Source: an uncultured Methanoregulaceae archaeon (GTDB lineage: Archaea > Halobacteriota > Methanomicrobia > Methanomicrobiales > Methanospirillaceae). Taken from it: a DNA stretch of 64,000 nucleotides. The number at the start of each line of letters is the position of its first letter. The stretch's first letter is position 1. The notes beneath the pieces are model-generated. The model saw nothing but the letters and a program-made list of their open reading frames with translations. It was not told where the DNA came from and searched no databases. Location of the stretch: contig OY970061.1 in the NCBI GenBank assembly GCA_963705255.1, positions 1,408,001-1,472,000 on the forward strand, read 5' to 3'. The position numbers were made by a program, and so were the translations under genes. Below are positions 1-9,760 of the stretch, piece after piece.

Positions 1-1193
1 TGGTCTGCATCGGACCAGGGCCGCTGTCGGAGAGGCTTGTCAGGACCGCACGCCGCCAGGCTGACCGCACGAATGCATCGTGGAGCGCGATCTATATAGA
101 AACACCATCCCACCACCGCCTGTCCAAGGAAGGAAAGGAACAACTCTGGCGCACCCTCCAGCTCGCGGAGAAACTCGGCGCCACGACTGCCACCGTCTTC
201 GGGCTCAACGTAGCGTCCACGGCCCTTGACTATGCCCGCAGGCACAATGTGACCAGGATCATTATCGGCAAGACCCTGCGGGCGCGGTGGAAGGAGTATC
301 TCTATGGTTCAGTTGTCGACCAGCTCATCCACAACAGCGGCCCCATTGACGTTTACGTGATCAGCAGCGGCAAGGACGTACAGGAAGAGCCGGTGGAGAT
401 GGAGCCGCTTCTCCCGGCAACCCCGCCAAAAGACTACATGGCAAGCTTTTTCCTGGTCGTAGGTGTCACCATCATCGGTTGGCTGATCCACTGGGTTATA
501 TCACCGACGAACCTTGCGATGCTTTACCTTCTGGCTGTCGTGGCGGTCGCGTGGCGGAGGGGTCTCCGCCCCGCCATCTTCACCAGTATCATCGGGGTCC
601 TCGCATTTGATTTCTTCTTCACCTCCCCCCACCTGGAATTCAGGATCTCGGACACTGAATACCTGATCACGTTTGCCGGGATGATTATTGTCGGCGCCGT
701 GGTCAGCCTTCTCGTTGCACGGGCCCGCGAACACGCTGATGCTGCCCAGATCCGGGAAAAAGAGACCGGCACGCTCTATGCCCTTTCCCAGGACCTCGCG
801 GTGGCTGTCACGACCGACGCGATAATCAACGCGGTCCGGAAACATATCACCGAGATCTTCCAGTGGGATTCGGTCTTTCTTCTCCCCCGGGAGAACCGCC
901 TGATAGTACATTCTGCCAGCGAGAGGCTGGTCCTCGACGGGGATGATATCGCCGTTGCGACATGGGCGTACCAGCACGGGGCCATTGCCGGTTACGATAC
1001 CGACACCCTCCATGGATCGCGGCTGCGGTACATCCCTCTCCAGGGCACCCAAGGGGTCGTCGGCATCATGGGCGTCAAACCCACCGAAGTGAACGGTGTC
1101 ATTACTCCTGAGCAGTCAAGGATCCTGACCGCCTTTGCCAACCAGACGGCTCTTGCCCTTGAGCGGGTGAACCTGACCATCACGAGGAGGTAG
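1..1193 (+). CDS. kdpD: KdpD-like osmosensor, 5'-truncated by window edge (Usp domain, 4-TM DUF4118-like region, GAF); no histidine kinase domain before the stop
   Basis: Frame is open from nt 3 (VCIGPGPLSERLVRTARR...DYARRHNVTRIIIGK), then LAFDFFF TM motif and a GAF-like region ending ALALER. Confidence 0.85.
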   Translation, partial: VCIGPGPLSERLVRTARRQADRTNASWSAIYIETPSHHRLSKEGKEQLWRTLQLAEKLGATTATVFGLNVASTALDYARRHNVTRIIIGKTLRARWKEYLYGSVVDQLIHNSGPIDVYVISSGKDVQEEPVEMEPLLPATPPKDYMASFFLVVGVTIIGWLIHWVISPTNLAMLYLLAVVAVAWRRGLRPAIFTSIIGVLAFDFFFTSPHLEFRISDTEYLITFAGMIIVGAVVSLLVARAREHADAAQIREKETGTLYALSQDLAVAVTTDAIINAVRKHITEIFQWDSVFLLPRENRLIVHSASERLVLDGDDIAVATWAYQHGAIAGYDTDTLHGSRLRYIPLQGTQGVVGIMGVKPTEVNGVITPEQSRILTAFANQTALALERVNLTITRR

Positions 1194-1343
1194 GAAAGCG
1201 GGGAAGTGGTGCATTCCACAGATCTTGTCTCAGGTTTCGATTTTTTTAAACGATGAAAAGGTTCGGCTCTTTAGAAATAATGAGGAACGAAATTTGAACC
1301 TGAATAATGAAAGTTACTGAAAAGATCGATATTTGCGACGGCT

Positions 1344-1518
1344 CCCCGCCTCAGGGCCCCTACGGGGACCGACGAAGGCGGTCGAGAAGAACTCGTCAGA
1401 GGTTCTTCGAGTCACGGCGGGGCAAGGAGTTTTTTCAGTCACTGATCCGCCGCGGGGAGTCAATCGTCGCATCAGCGAGGATTGGCTGAAGAAGAACTCA
1501 TCAGAGTTCTTCGATTGC
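1344..1518. repeat. Mosaic palindromic intergenic element, locus 1 (core hairpins at 1384-1410 and 1488-1514; module A at 1448-1518)
   Basis: GAGAAGAACTC-GTCA-GAGGTTCTTCGA and GAAGAACTC-ATCA-GAGTTCTTCGA; 1448-1518 matches the reverse complement of 9431-9500. Confidence 0.85.
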
Positions 1519-1575
1519 GGCGGCGTTCATCCCAAAGGATTACGGAGGAACTCTAAATCGAAAAAACACGATGAT

Positions 1576-1998
1576 CTACTCACTCTTTCCTGAATCCTGC
1601 GGGTGTTCACCGGGCACCCAGCGGTCCCCGTCCCTGCGGAGCTCTTTTTTCCAGATGGGAACTCCCTTTTTTATCTCCTCGATGATGTAGCGTGAACCCG
1701 CATACGCTTCCGGGCGGTGGCCGGCACTGACGACAATGATCAGGATGTTCTCTCCTACCGAAAGCCGGCCAATCCGGTGAATGATATCGACGTGGAAAAG
1801 GTCATGGAGCCTCGTTGCATCCTCCGCAATCTTCTCGAGTTCCCGGCGTGCGACCTCCTCGTACGCCTCGAGCTCCATCTCACGGATATCATCGTCACGG
1901 ACGACCCCGTCAAACACGACAACGGCCCCGGTACCCGCCCGCTTCGCGTCGTTGATCAGCCTGCCGATATCGACATCTTCGTGCTGGATGGCAATCAT
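1576..1998 (-). CDS. moaE: Molybdopterin synthase catalytic subunit MoaE
   Basis: GAVVVFDGVVR, HRIGRL, SAGHR, IKKGVPIWKKE motifs. Confidence 0.93.
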   Translation of the reverse strand: MIAIQHEDVDIGRLINDAKRAGTGAVVVFDGVVRDDDIREMELEAYEEVARRELEKIAEDATRLHDLFHVDIIHRIGRLSVGENILIIVVSAGHRPEAYAGSRYIIEEIKKGVPIWKKELRRDGDRWVPGEHPQDSGKSE

Positions 1999-2012
1999 GA
2001 TACCCCGGTTAT

Positions 2013-2291
2013 TCATCCCCCGGCGACAGGGGGGAATACCGCAATCTCGTCGCCATCTGTCACCGTAAGCGTGACTGCATCGGACGCCTCAAGCCGCTTC
2101 CCGTTCCGCATCAGGATGACGAACTCCCGGAAATTGCCGTTCCCGTCAAAGATGGCATCATATCCTTCGCTGTTCTTCTTTGCAATGTCCTTTACCAGAC
2201 TCGCAAAGACTGTCCCCCTCTCTGGTTCTGCAAGAATATCCGTCCCGAGCAGTTCCCGGAACCGGGCAAAAAACCGTACCTTGACTGTCAT
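2013..2291 (-). CDS. moaD: Ubiquitin-like sulfur carrier MoaD/SAMP1-type
   Basis: VKVRFFARFRE start, GDEIAVFPPVAGG C-terminal di-glycine. Confidence 0.9.
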   Translation of the reverse strand: MTVKVRFFARFRELLGTDILAEPERGTVFASLVKDIAKKNSEGYDAIFDGNGNFREFVILMRNGKRLEASDAVTLTVTDGDEIAVFPPVAGG

Positions 2292-3046
2292 CTCTTTCTC
2301 CCCGTTGTTGTCTTTCTGGTATTCTTCCCGCCGCATACCGGGCAGGCCGGGTTTCTCTCAACGCAGATCTCCTCCGCACGTGCTTCCAGGCCGTCCCAGA
2401 GGAAGAGCCGGTCTGTCAGGAGCCTGCCTTCGCGGGTGAGATATTTCAGTACTTCTGTTGCCTGCACCATCCCGATGAGCCCGGGGGTCACCCCTACCAC
2501 CGGGAAGACTTCCTTTGGTGGAGCGCTCGGGAAGATGCACCTGAGACACGGAGTCACCCCCGGGAGGATGGTCGTTGCCTGCCCGTATAACCCGCGTATC
2601 GCGCCATGGAAGAGCGGGATGTTCTTTGTTACTGCCGCTTCGTTGAGGAGGTAACGGGTGGGGAAATTGTCCATCGCGTCCACGATGCCATCGGCACTGC
2701 CGGCAAGACTGAGGACATTCGTTTCGTCGATTGTGGTATCGATGACCTTCACCCGGATATCCGGGTTGATCTCACGAAGTTTCTCTCCTGCAGAAGAGGT
2801 CTTCTTCTTCCCGATGTCCCGGTCATAGTGCAGGATCTGGCGGTTGAGATTGGTCTGGTCCACGACATCCATATCGGCAAGAGTGATCGTCCCGACGCCT
2901 GCAACCGCGAGGTAGATGGATATGGGACAGCCCAGTCCGCCGGCGCCAGCGATAAATATCTTTGATTTTTTCAGCTTTTCCTGCCCTTCTTCACCGAAGA
3001 GCAGGATCTGTCGTTTATACCGATCAAGTTCGCGTTGGGATAACAT
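2288..3046 (-). CDS. moeB: HesA/MoeB/ThiF-family E1-like adenylyltransferase (UbaA)
   Basis: RYKRQI, GAGGLG, DQTNLNRQ, CLRC and CPVC zinc motifs. Confidence 0.92.
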   Translation of the reverse strand: MLSQRELDRYKRQILLFGEEGQEKLKKSKIFIAGAGGLGCPISIYLAVAGVGTITLADMDVVDQTNLNRQILHYDRDIGKKKTSSAGEKLREINPDIRVKVIDTTIDETNVLSLAGSADGIVDAMDNFPTRYLLNEAAVTKNIPLFHGAIRGLYGQATTILPGVTPCLRCIFPSAPPKEVFPVVGVTPGLIGMVQATEVLKYLTREGRLLTDRLFLWDGLEARAEEICVERNPACPVCGGKNTRKTTTGRKR

Positions 3047-3258
3047 GTTTCACCTGACTTCAGCCGGGATGTCCGAAATTATTCCGGACGGGGCGTCCGG
3101 GTCAGTTTCCAGAGATCTTTGTTTCATCATTGCCGGGAGGATTATTTATTGAATTTCGTTTCGGCAAATTTTTCCTGGTCTTCGGCTTCACGATGATATG
3201 CTGCAAAATACCCTTCGGACGACGCAGGTGTATCACTCCACGGGAAACGATCCGGCAG

Positions 3259-3693
3259 CTAATGCTGGCAGGTCAGGTCTTCCTCGTGGTCGTGGGAATG
3301 CGGGTTCTTCTCCTCCCATTCGGGCAGCCCGTGTCTCTTCCGGTAATCGTTGATCGCCTTGTGGATGCCTTCCTCCGCAAGCACCGAACAGTGCATCTTG
3401 ATCGGCGGGAGTCCCTCGAGGGCTTCTGCCACCGCCTTGTTGGACACCTCCCATGCTTCCTCCAGGGTCTTTCCCCGGACCAGTTCGGTTGCCATGCTGC
3501 TGGACGCAATTGCAGCACCACACCCGAAGGTCTTGAATTTTGCGTCGGTGATGATATTATTCTCGATCTTCAGAAAGATCTTCATGATGTCCCCGCAGAC
3601 CGGGTTCCCGACTTCCCCGACTCCGTCAGGGTTCTCTATCTCGCCCACGTTGCGGGGGTTCTTGAAATGGTCCATGACCTTGTCACTGTACAT
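3259..3693 (-). CDS. iscU: Fe-S cluster scaffold IscU/NifU-N
   Basis: YSDKVMDHFKNPRNVG, GNPVCGD, FGCGAAIAS, LPPIKMHCS. Confidence 0.96.
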   Translation of the reverse strand: MYSDKVMDHFKNPRNVGEIENPDGVGEVGNPVCGDIMKIFLKIENNIITDAKFKTFGCGAAIASSSMATELVRGKTLEEAWEVSNKAVAEALEGLPPIKMHCSVLAEEGIHKAINDYRKRHGLPEWEEKNPHSHDHEEDLTCQH

Positions 3694-4882
3694 TGCAGCC
3701 TCCTTCCTTCCCGCTCTTCTGGTACAAGGGAGACATGTCCCTCAAACGGGATACAACCTTCGGAAGCACATCCAGCACGAAATCCACGTCTGCCTCCGTG
3801 TTCACGTTCCCGAGGGTAAGACGGAGAGACCCGTGGGATATCTCTAGCGGGAGACCGGTCGCCAGCAGGACGTGCGAGGGTTCGAGGGATCCTGACGTGC
3901 AGGCGCTGCCGGTCGAGGCACAGATCCCCTCGTCGTCCAGCCAGAGGAGCATCGACTCGCCTTCGATGAACTCGAAACTGATGTTGATATTCCCGGGCAA
4001 CCGTTTTTCCGGGTGGCCGTTGAGATAGGCATGAGGTATCTTTTCCATGATCCCCTTGAGGAGACGATCCCGCATTGCCCGGATCCGCCGGTTATGTCCC
4101 TCGATATCGGCCGTCGCAAGCTCGATGGCTCTTCCAAGCCCGACGATGCCGGCAATGTTTTCCGTACCGGCACGACGCCGGCGCTCCTGCCCGCCACCAT
4201 GGATCAGGTTGTCGATCCTCACCCCTTTCCGGATATAGAGGGACCCCACCCCTTTCGGGCCGTAGAACTTGTGGGCGGAGAGCGAGAGCAGGTCGATATT
4301 CTGGGCCCTGACGTCGACCGGAAGATTCCCGATGACCTGAACGGCATCGGTATGGAAATACACCTTGTGCCTGCGGGCAATTGCCACCAGTTCGGCGATG
4401 GGTTCGATGGTGCCGATCTCGTTGTTGGCATACATGATCGTGATGAGGATAGTCTTATCCGTGATGGCTTTTTCAAGTTCCGCAGGGTCGACAAGCCCGT
4501 ATTTGTCTACCGGCAGATAGGTAACGGCAAAACCTTCCTTTTCCAGGTACTCGCAGGTATGGAGAACAGCATGGTGTTCAATCTTGGTGGTGATGATATG
4601 GTTGCCCTTCTTCCGGTTGGCAAAGGCAATACCCTTGATGGCCCAGTTGTCGGATTCACTCCCGCAGGAGGTGAAGTAGATCTCGTCCGGGTCTGCGCCA
4701 AGCGCCTTTGCGACCTGCGCACGGGCAATGTCAATCGCATTTTTGGAAGCGCGTGCGATGCTGTAAATGGAGGAGGGATTGCCAAAGTTTTCCGCATGAT
4801 AGGGGATCATTGCGTCCAGTACTTCCTTCCGGGTGTACGTGGTCGCGGAGTGATCCATATAGACGAGGCGTTTTTCTCCCAT
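3683..4882 (-). CDS. iscS: Cysteine desulfurase IscS/NifS
   Basis: YMDHSATT, SAHKFYGPKG (PLP lysine), STGSACTSG (catalytic Cys). Confidence 0.96.
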   Translation of the reverse strand: MGEKRLVYMDHSATTYTRKEVLDAMIPYHAENFGNPSSIYSIARASKNAIDIARAQVAKALGADPDEIYFTSCGSESDNWAIKGIAFANRKKGNHIITTKIEHHAVLHTCEYLEKEGFAVTYLPVDKYGLVDPAELEKAITDKTILITIMYANNEIGTIEPIAELVAIARRHKVYFHTDAVQVIGNLPVDVRAQNIDLLSLSAHKFYGPKGVGSLYIRKGVRIDNLIHGGGQERRRRAGTENIAGIVGLGRAIELATADIEGHNRRIRAMRDRLLKGIMEKIPHAYLNGHPEKRLPGNINISFEFIEGESMLLWLDDEGICASTGSACTSGSLEPSHVLLATGLPLEISHGSLRLTLGNVNTEADVDFVLDVLPKVVSRLRDMSPLYQKSGKEGGCNVQ

Positions 4883-5051
4883 TCTCTTCTCCGTATACCT
4901 GATTATGTGCGCCGTTCGCGGAATTATTCTTTCCCTACACGCTGGCGCCGTGACCAGCCACCTTTCCGGCCGCTGCCTTGCGGGGACTCCCGGGGAATGC
5001 AATCCCCACCGGACGGAAATAAAGGGCAGGATTTATCTGCTGTCAGGATAA

Positions 5052-5112
5052 ATTCACAATTGTGAATACAATCTATTATGTCGGGATTGTAACAACATAA
5101 AGGTTGTGTTGT
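5052..5112. promoter_or_regulatory. Putative operator palindromes in the divergent iscS / HTH-regulator promoter region
   Basis: Perfect 16-bp palindrome ATTCACAATTGTGAAT (5052-5067) and ACAACA-N9-TGTTGT (5092-5112). Confidence 0.45.
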
Positions 5113-5113
5113 A

Positions 5114-5461
5114 ATGGAATCTCCTTGCCAGAAGATCGTTTGGGATGTCCTGCCCGCAATCCGGGCGGCAATCGCTGTGGAGCTTGTCAAGTGTGGCGTC
5201 TCCCAAGTGGAAGCGGCGCGGATGCTCGAGATTGCACCCTCCGCGGTGTCGCAGTACCTGTCGGGGAAACGCGGGTACCGGATCGAATTTGAGAATGAGG
5301 TGAAAAAGTCCATCGAGCAATTGGCGCAGGACCTCAGGGACGGCAGGAACGTGAACCTCGTCCAGCGCACCTGTGACATCTGCCACCAGTTGCGGGAAGG
5401 CGAGGAGAGCCAGTGCGGCAGCTCCTCAGAGGCACCATCCAGAGAACGGTGCGGTTCATAA
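5114..5461 (+). CDS. HTH transcriptional regulator (COG2522-like), Cys-rich
   Basis: PC..IV..VLPAIRA, SQVEAARMLEIAPSAVSQYLSGKRG HTH, C-terminal CDIC. Confidence 0.85.
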   Translation: MESPCQKIVWDVLPAIRAAIAVELVKCGVSQVEAARMLEIAPSAVSQYLSGKRGYRIEFENEVKKSIEQLAQDLRDGRNVNLVQRTCDICHQLREGEESQCGSSSEAPSRERCGS

Positions 5462-5505
5462 ATCCACTCTTTCCTCCCATCCGTTTTGCCGCGTGTGATG
5501 ACACC

Positions 5506-6306
5506 ATGAGCGTTTCAGAAAAAAAGCAGGTTCTCCTCGGGAATATCCGTAAACAGGGCTCGATGCTCGTAGCCTTTTCCGGGGGCGTCGACAGCACCCT
5601 CCTGGCAGCCCTTGCACAGCTGGTACTGGGAGAGCGAGCCCGTTGCGTGCTCCTCGACAGTCCCGTGGTTCCCCGGTCAGCGGTGGAACAGGCACAAAAG
5701 ATTGCCGGAGAACTGGGACTCGCGCTCGATATCATCCGCGTCCCGCAGCTGGATGATGAAGAATTCTGTAAAAATTCATCAGACCGGTGCTATTACTGTA
5801 AAAAAATCTCAGCTGAGTACCTGAAGAAACGGGCAGGAGAACTGGGCCTTGCATGTATTGCGGACGGGATCAATGTCTCTGACATGGGCGAGCACCGCCC
5901 GGGCCTCACCGCGTCTACCGAGGAGGGGATCCTCCACCCGTTCATAGAGTCGGGGATAACCAAACAGGATATCCGAGCCATCGCAAAAGCGTGCAGCCTC
6001 CCGGTCTGGCAGAAACCGTCGGCTGCCTGCTTATCGTCGCGTATTCCCTACGGGGACCTGATAACCCCGGAAAAACTCCGCAGGATCGAAGAGGCAGAAG
6101 CCTTTCTGGCAGGACTGGGGATTGGTCAGCTGAGGGTCCGCATGCACGGGAACATTGCCCGGATAGAAGTACATAAAGAGGATATGGGAAAAATACTGGA
6201 TCTGCAGAGCACCATTGCAGGAAAACTCCGGGCTATCGGGTTTTCCTACGTCACACTCGACCTCGAGGGTTATCGCAGCGGCAGCATGGATGAAGTCCTG
6301 AAATAA
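5506..6306 (+). CDS. larE: LarE-family ATP-dependent sulfur transferase ([4Fe-4S]-type motif)
   Basis: AFSGGVDS PP-loop, RCYYCK, RPG, AACLSSRIPYG, LDLEGYRSGS. Confidence 0.9.
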   Translation: MSVSEKKQVLLGNIRKQGSMLVAFSGGVDSTLLAALAQLVLGERARCVLLDSPVVPRSAVEQAQKIAGELGLALDIIRVPQLDDEEFCKNSSDRCYYCKKISAEYLKKRAGELGLACIADGINVSDMGEHRPGLTASTEEGILHPFIESGITKQDIRAIAKACSLPVWQKPSAACLSSRIPYGDLITPEKLRRIEEAEAFLAGLGIGQLRVRMHGNIARIEVHKEDMGKILDLQSTIAGKLRAIGFSYVTLDLEGYRSGSMDEVLK

Positions 6307-6352
6307 TGTACTGCTGATGCATTCCCCGGAGGATTACCTTACGGAATATATC

Positions 6353-7126
6353 ATGTTCAGACGATTGCCCTGTATCCGGGTCGATGGCGAAAAAGCCAAA
6401 AAAGGCTTCCACGAAGTGATCGAGGAGGTACCCATCGCCCTGTTCGTCAACGGGCGGCATGCGATGACCGCGATGATGAGCCCTGTTCAGCTCGAGGACT
6501 TTGTGACCGGCTACCTCTTCACCGAGCAGATCATCAAAGGCGTGGACGAGATCGAGTCGATCAAGATCGAGAAGAACCGGATGAGCGTCATCACGAAGAA
6601 TCTCTTCAAGGTGCTCGGCCCCAAGAAGACAATCCTCTCCGGCTGCGGCGGGAGCACGTCCTATATCGACACCGAAAAACTCCCGAAGATCCATTCCGGT
6701 TATACGATCAGCACTGCCGATATCTGGAACTCCGTCAAGGCGGTCCTGAACTCCGAGCTCCACGTCACCACGGGAGGGATACACATCGTTGCGCTGCTGG
6801 ACCGGGAGAAGATCCTTGCGGTCTCCGAGGACATCGGGCGGCACAATGCGCTCGACCGCGTCATTGGTTACGCCCTCCGGAATGGCATTGACCTCTCACG
6901 GACATACGTGATCGTATCAGGAAGGATTTCGTCCGAGATGGTGCGGAAATGTCTTGTCGCCGGCATCCCGATCATCGTCTCACGGGGTGCGACAACAACC
7001 CTCGCCGTGGAGACGGCAGAGAAGACCGGGCTGACCGTGGTGGGGTTTGCCCGGGGAGGGAAGATGGTGATCTACACGCACACGTACCGCATTGAAGGGA
7101 CAGAACCAGACCCGTCAGCCCAGTGA
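6353..7126 (+). CDS. fdhD: Formate dehydrogenase accessory sulfurtransferase FdhD
   Basis: SGCG, TGGIH, EDIGRHNALD, SGRISSEMVRK. Confidence 0.92.
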   Translation: MFRRLPCIRVDGEKAKKGFHEVIEEVPIALFVNGRHAMTAMMSPVQLEDFVTGYLFTEQIIKGVDEIESIKIEKNRMSVITKNLFKVLGPKKTILSGCGGSTSYIDTEKLPKIHSGYTISTADIWNSVKAVLNSELHVTTGGIHIVALLDREKILAVSEDIGRHNALDRVIGYALRNGIDLSRTYVIVSGRISSEMVRKCLVAGIPIIVSRGATTTLAVETAEKTGLTVVGFARGGKMVIYTHTYRIEGTEPDPSAQ

Positions 7127-8048
7127 TTGCCGGAGCTGGCAAAACTGGCAGATCTCGCCGCTGCAGGGCTCACCGCATTCCCGGCAGGAACGGATCGGTC
7201 CGGCCGGGGTTTCTTCACCGCAATACCCTTCGATCTTTCGTTTGCTCTCCATGAGGTGCAGCATGGTTCCCGGGTACTGGTATTCCAGCGTAGAGAGCAT
7301 AGCCCTCACCTCCCTCCTCAGGGCATGGAGGGTATACGGGCACTCGGGGAGATCCACCCATGCACCCTGGAGCATGAGATAGGTTGCAATCTCTTTTTCC
7401 GATACGAGGCCCAGGGGTTTTATCCTTGGAATGAACTGCCCGGAAGAATGATGGCTGCTGTCACGTACCAGGCGTGGCAGGTCGCCGCGGAGCAGGTTCA
7501 TCAGGACGGACTGCGCCTCGTCATCAAGGTTATGACCGGTCGCCAGTCTGGTTGCCCCCGCTCTCCGGGCTGCGACGATGAGCGCCTTCCTCCGCAGGAT
7601 ACCACAAACACTGCACGCCCCGGATTCGCCGGTCTTTGAGGATCTCATCAAGCGAACCGCCGAAAAGATCCGCAAATGAGATGCGGATATGATCGAGTCC
7701 GTACTTCCCGACCAGCCGTTCGGCCGAGCGGATGGTATCCTCGCGGTACCCGAGGATACCTTCATCGATGGTGAGGGCAGTGAGCCGGACATCATCCCAG
7801 GCCGGGAGGAGCCTGCAGAGGATCATCAGGAGTGCCGTGCTGTCCTTACCCCCGCTTAAGGCAACTGCCACCCGGTCCCCGGGCAGGATCATCTTCCGGG
7901 ACCGGATTGTCTCTGCCACCCTCTGTTCCAGATCGCTCATGAAATGGTTCCCGCAGAGGTGGCGGCCGGTTATTCTGTCCTGAAACACGGCCGGCTCTTT
8001 GCAGATCGAACACGGAGGAGTTTTTCCGGGCAGGGGATCGCGGGTCAA
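7115..8048 (-). CDS. ncsA: tRNA 2-thiolation protein NcsA/TtuA (TIGR00269-like); one frameshift near 7630, probable sequencing indel
   Basis: N-terminal CSIC..LCGNH and ALSGGKDS in one frame; ACSVCGILRR, TGHNLDD, ECPY and C-terminal CREC..CQFC in the next frame. Confidence 0.85.
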
Positions 8049-8051
8049 TCC

Positions 8052-8246
8052 TCACCCCCCGTGGGCAATCCGGATGACCCGGATCTCGTCACCGTTCTCC
8101 ACGATGGCATCTGCCGTCACAAGCGTCCCGTTCCGTAAGACAAGAACCTCAAGGGAGTTGATCCCGAGGTCCTGCAGGAACACGTCGACCGTCACCGGGG
8201 TGATTTCGGTCACCCTGCTTGTCTTATCCGGAAAAATGATCTTCAT
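8052..8246 (-). CDS. ThiS/SAMP2-like ubiquitin-like sulfur carrier
   Basis: 64 aa ending GDEIRVIRIAHGG, directly upstream of ncsA. Confidence 0.85.
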   Translation of the reverse strand: MKIIFPDKTSRVTEITPVTVDVFLQDLGINSLEVLVLRNGTLVTADAIVENGDEIRVIRIAHGG

Positions 8247-8377
8247 ACGCTTAACCAGGTACTGGGCAGGCTCATCGGATAAATATCCGGTCTGTTCAAC
8301 GAACTAGCCGGATCCCCACCGGCAGCGACGCTTTGATTAAAAAGGAGCGATGAATAGGATACAGGAGTTTTGAAAGC

Positions 8378-9288
8378 GTGCAGGACAGGACTGACATCAG
8401 GGAAGAGATCCTCCGGCTCAGGGAGGAGCGGCGCGCGATCATTCTTGCGCACAACTACCAGCCTCCTGAAGTTCAGGATATCGCTGACCTGACCGGTGAC
8501 TCCCTTGAACTTTCCCGCGCTGCCGCCGTGATGGAAGGGGAGGTCATCGTCTTCTGCGGCGTGGACTTCATGGCCGAAACTGCTGCAATTCTCTCACCGG
8601 AAAAGACCGTACTGCTTTCCGCGGAGGACGCCTGCTGCCCGATGGCACAGATGATCACGGCTGAAGAGCTCAGGCTCGTGAAATCCCGGTACCGGACGCT
8701 GGCGTCGTCTGCTACGTGAACACGACCGCGGAGGTGAAGGCTGAGAGCGATATCTGCTGCACCTCGTCGAATGCCATCAGGGTTGTCAATTCAGTGGATC
8801 AGGACCAGATCATATTTGTTCCGGACAAGAACCTCGCGCGCTATGCCCAGCGGTTCACCAAAAAAGAGATCCTGCCCTGGGAAGGATTCTGTATCGTTCA
8901 CGACCGGATCACGCCGGAGATGGTACGGAAAGCACGCGATGCCCACCCGGGCGCAGTCCTTCTGGTGCATCCCGAGTGCCGCCCGGAGGTCATCGATCTG
9001 GCGGACCATGTCGCCAGCACCTCAGGCATTGTCCGGCAGGTCTGCAGTTCGGAAGAACACGAGTTCATCATCGGGACCGAGGTCGGGATCCTGCACCGGC
9101 TTGCCCGGGAGTGCAAAGACAAACGCTGCTACCCCCTCTCCCCGGAAGCACTCTGCCGCAACATGAAAAAAACCGATCTGGTAAAAGTCCGGGACGCGCT
9201 TGCCACCCTCCAGCCCCGCATCATCGTGCCGGAAGAGATCGCCAGCCGTGCCCTGGGCGCCATCGAGCGGATGCTGGCGATCCCGTAA
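8378..9288 (+). CDS. nadA: Quinolinate synthase NadA; frameshift near 8695
   Basis: [26 protein letters not shown], then YVNT, CTSSNA, GFCIVH, VHPEC, GTE in the next frame. Confidence 0.92.
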
Positions 9289-9351
9289 ATTCGTCTTTGG
9301 TAACATGCCCATTTTTTTCTGAAAGAATCATCAGAAAACTCTCCTAACGCT

Positions 9352-9760
9352 ATTGGGGGAGACTGCTTTTCCCGAAGGGAAGAGCTGGCTGGAGAAGAAC
9401 CCGCAGGGTTCTTCGAACGGTATAGCCCTTGCAGTCGAAGAATTCTGGCGAATTCTTCTCCAATTAATCCTCGCTGATGCGACGATTAATTCCCCGCCGC
9501 TGCGGCAACCCCCATAATGCGATAGTCCCTCAGAAGGTTGGTGAAAAATCTCTGAAAAATAGGGAGAAGTAAAAAATCGGGGGTCAAGGGGATACTCCCC
9601 TTGCATTGCCTCCCCCTCCGGGGAGACTGCTGTTCCCGAAAGGAAGAGCTGGCTGGAGAATGTCTCGAACGTCATCAGACTTGAGACGGGAGAAGACCGT
9701 AGGTCTTCGATCGAACTTGTCAGAGTTCTTCGACTTGAAAGAGGGGGTCACCCTCATAAC
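9352..9760. repeat. Mosaic palindromic intergenic element, locus 2 (largest; modules B-C-A(rev)...B-D-E)
   Basis: Direct repeat GGGGAGACTGCT(T/G)TTCCCGAA(G/A)GGAAGAGCTGGCTGGAGAA at 9356-9396 and 9620-9660; core hairpins at 9392-9416, 9435-9460 (rev), 9690-9710, 9713-9733. Confidence 0.9.

Noticed and set aside
1333-1593. ORFs containing KNSSEFF-like peptides (also 21367-22005, 21312-21608, 44220-44654, 9331-9675, 18448-18741)
   Set aside because: They are translations of the palindromic repeat; conservation follows base pairing, not codons.
9352-9760. CRISPR array or integron attC interpretation of the repeats
   Set aside because: No regular repeat-spacer period, no cas or integrase gene, no RYYYAAC/GTTRRRY boxes, and flanking genes are housekeeping rather than cassettes.
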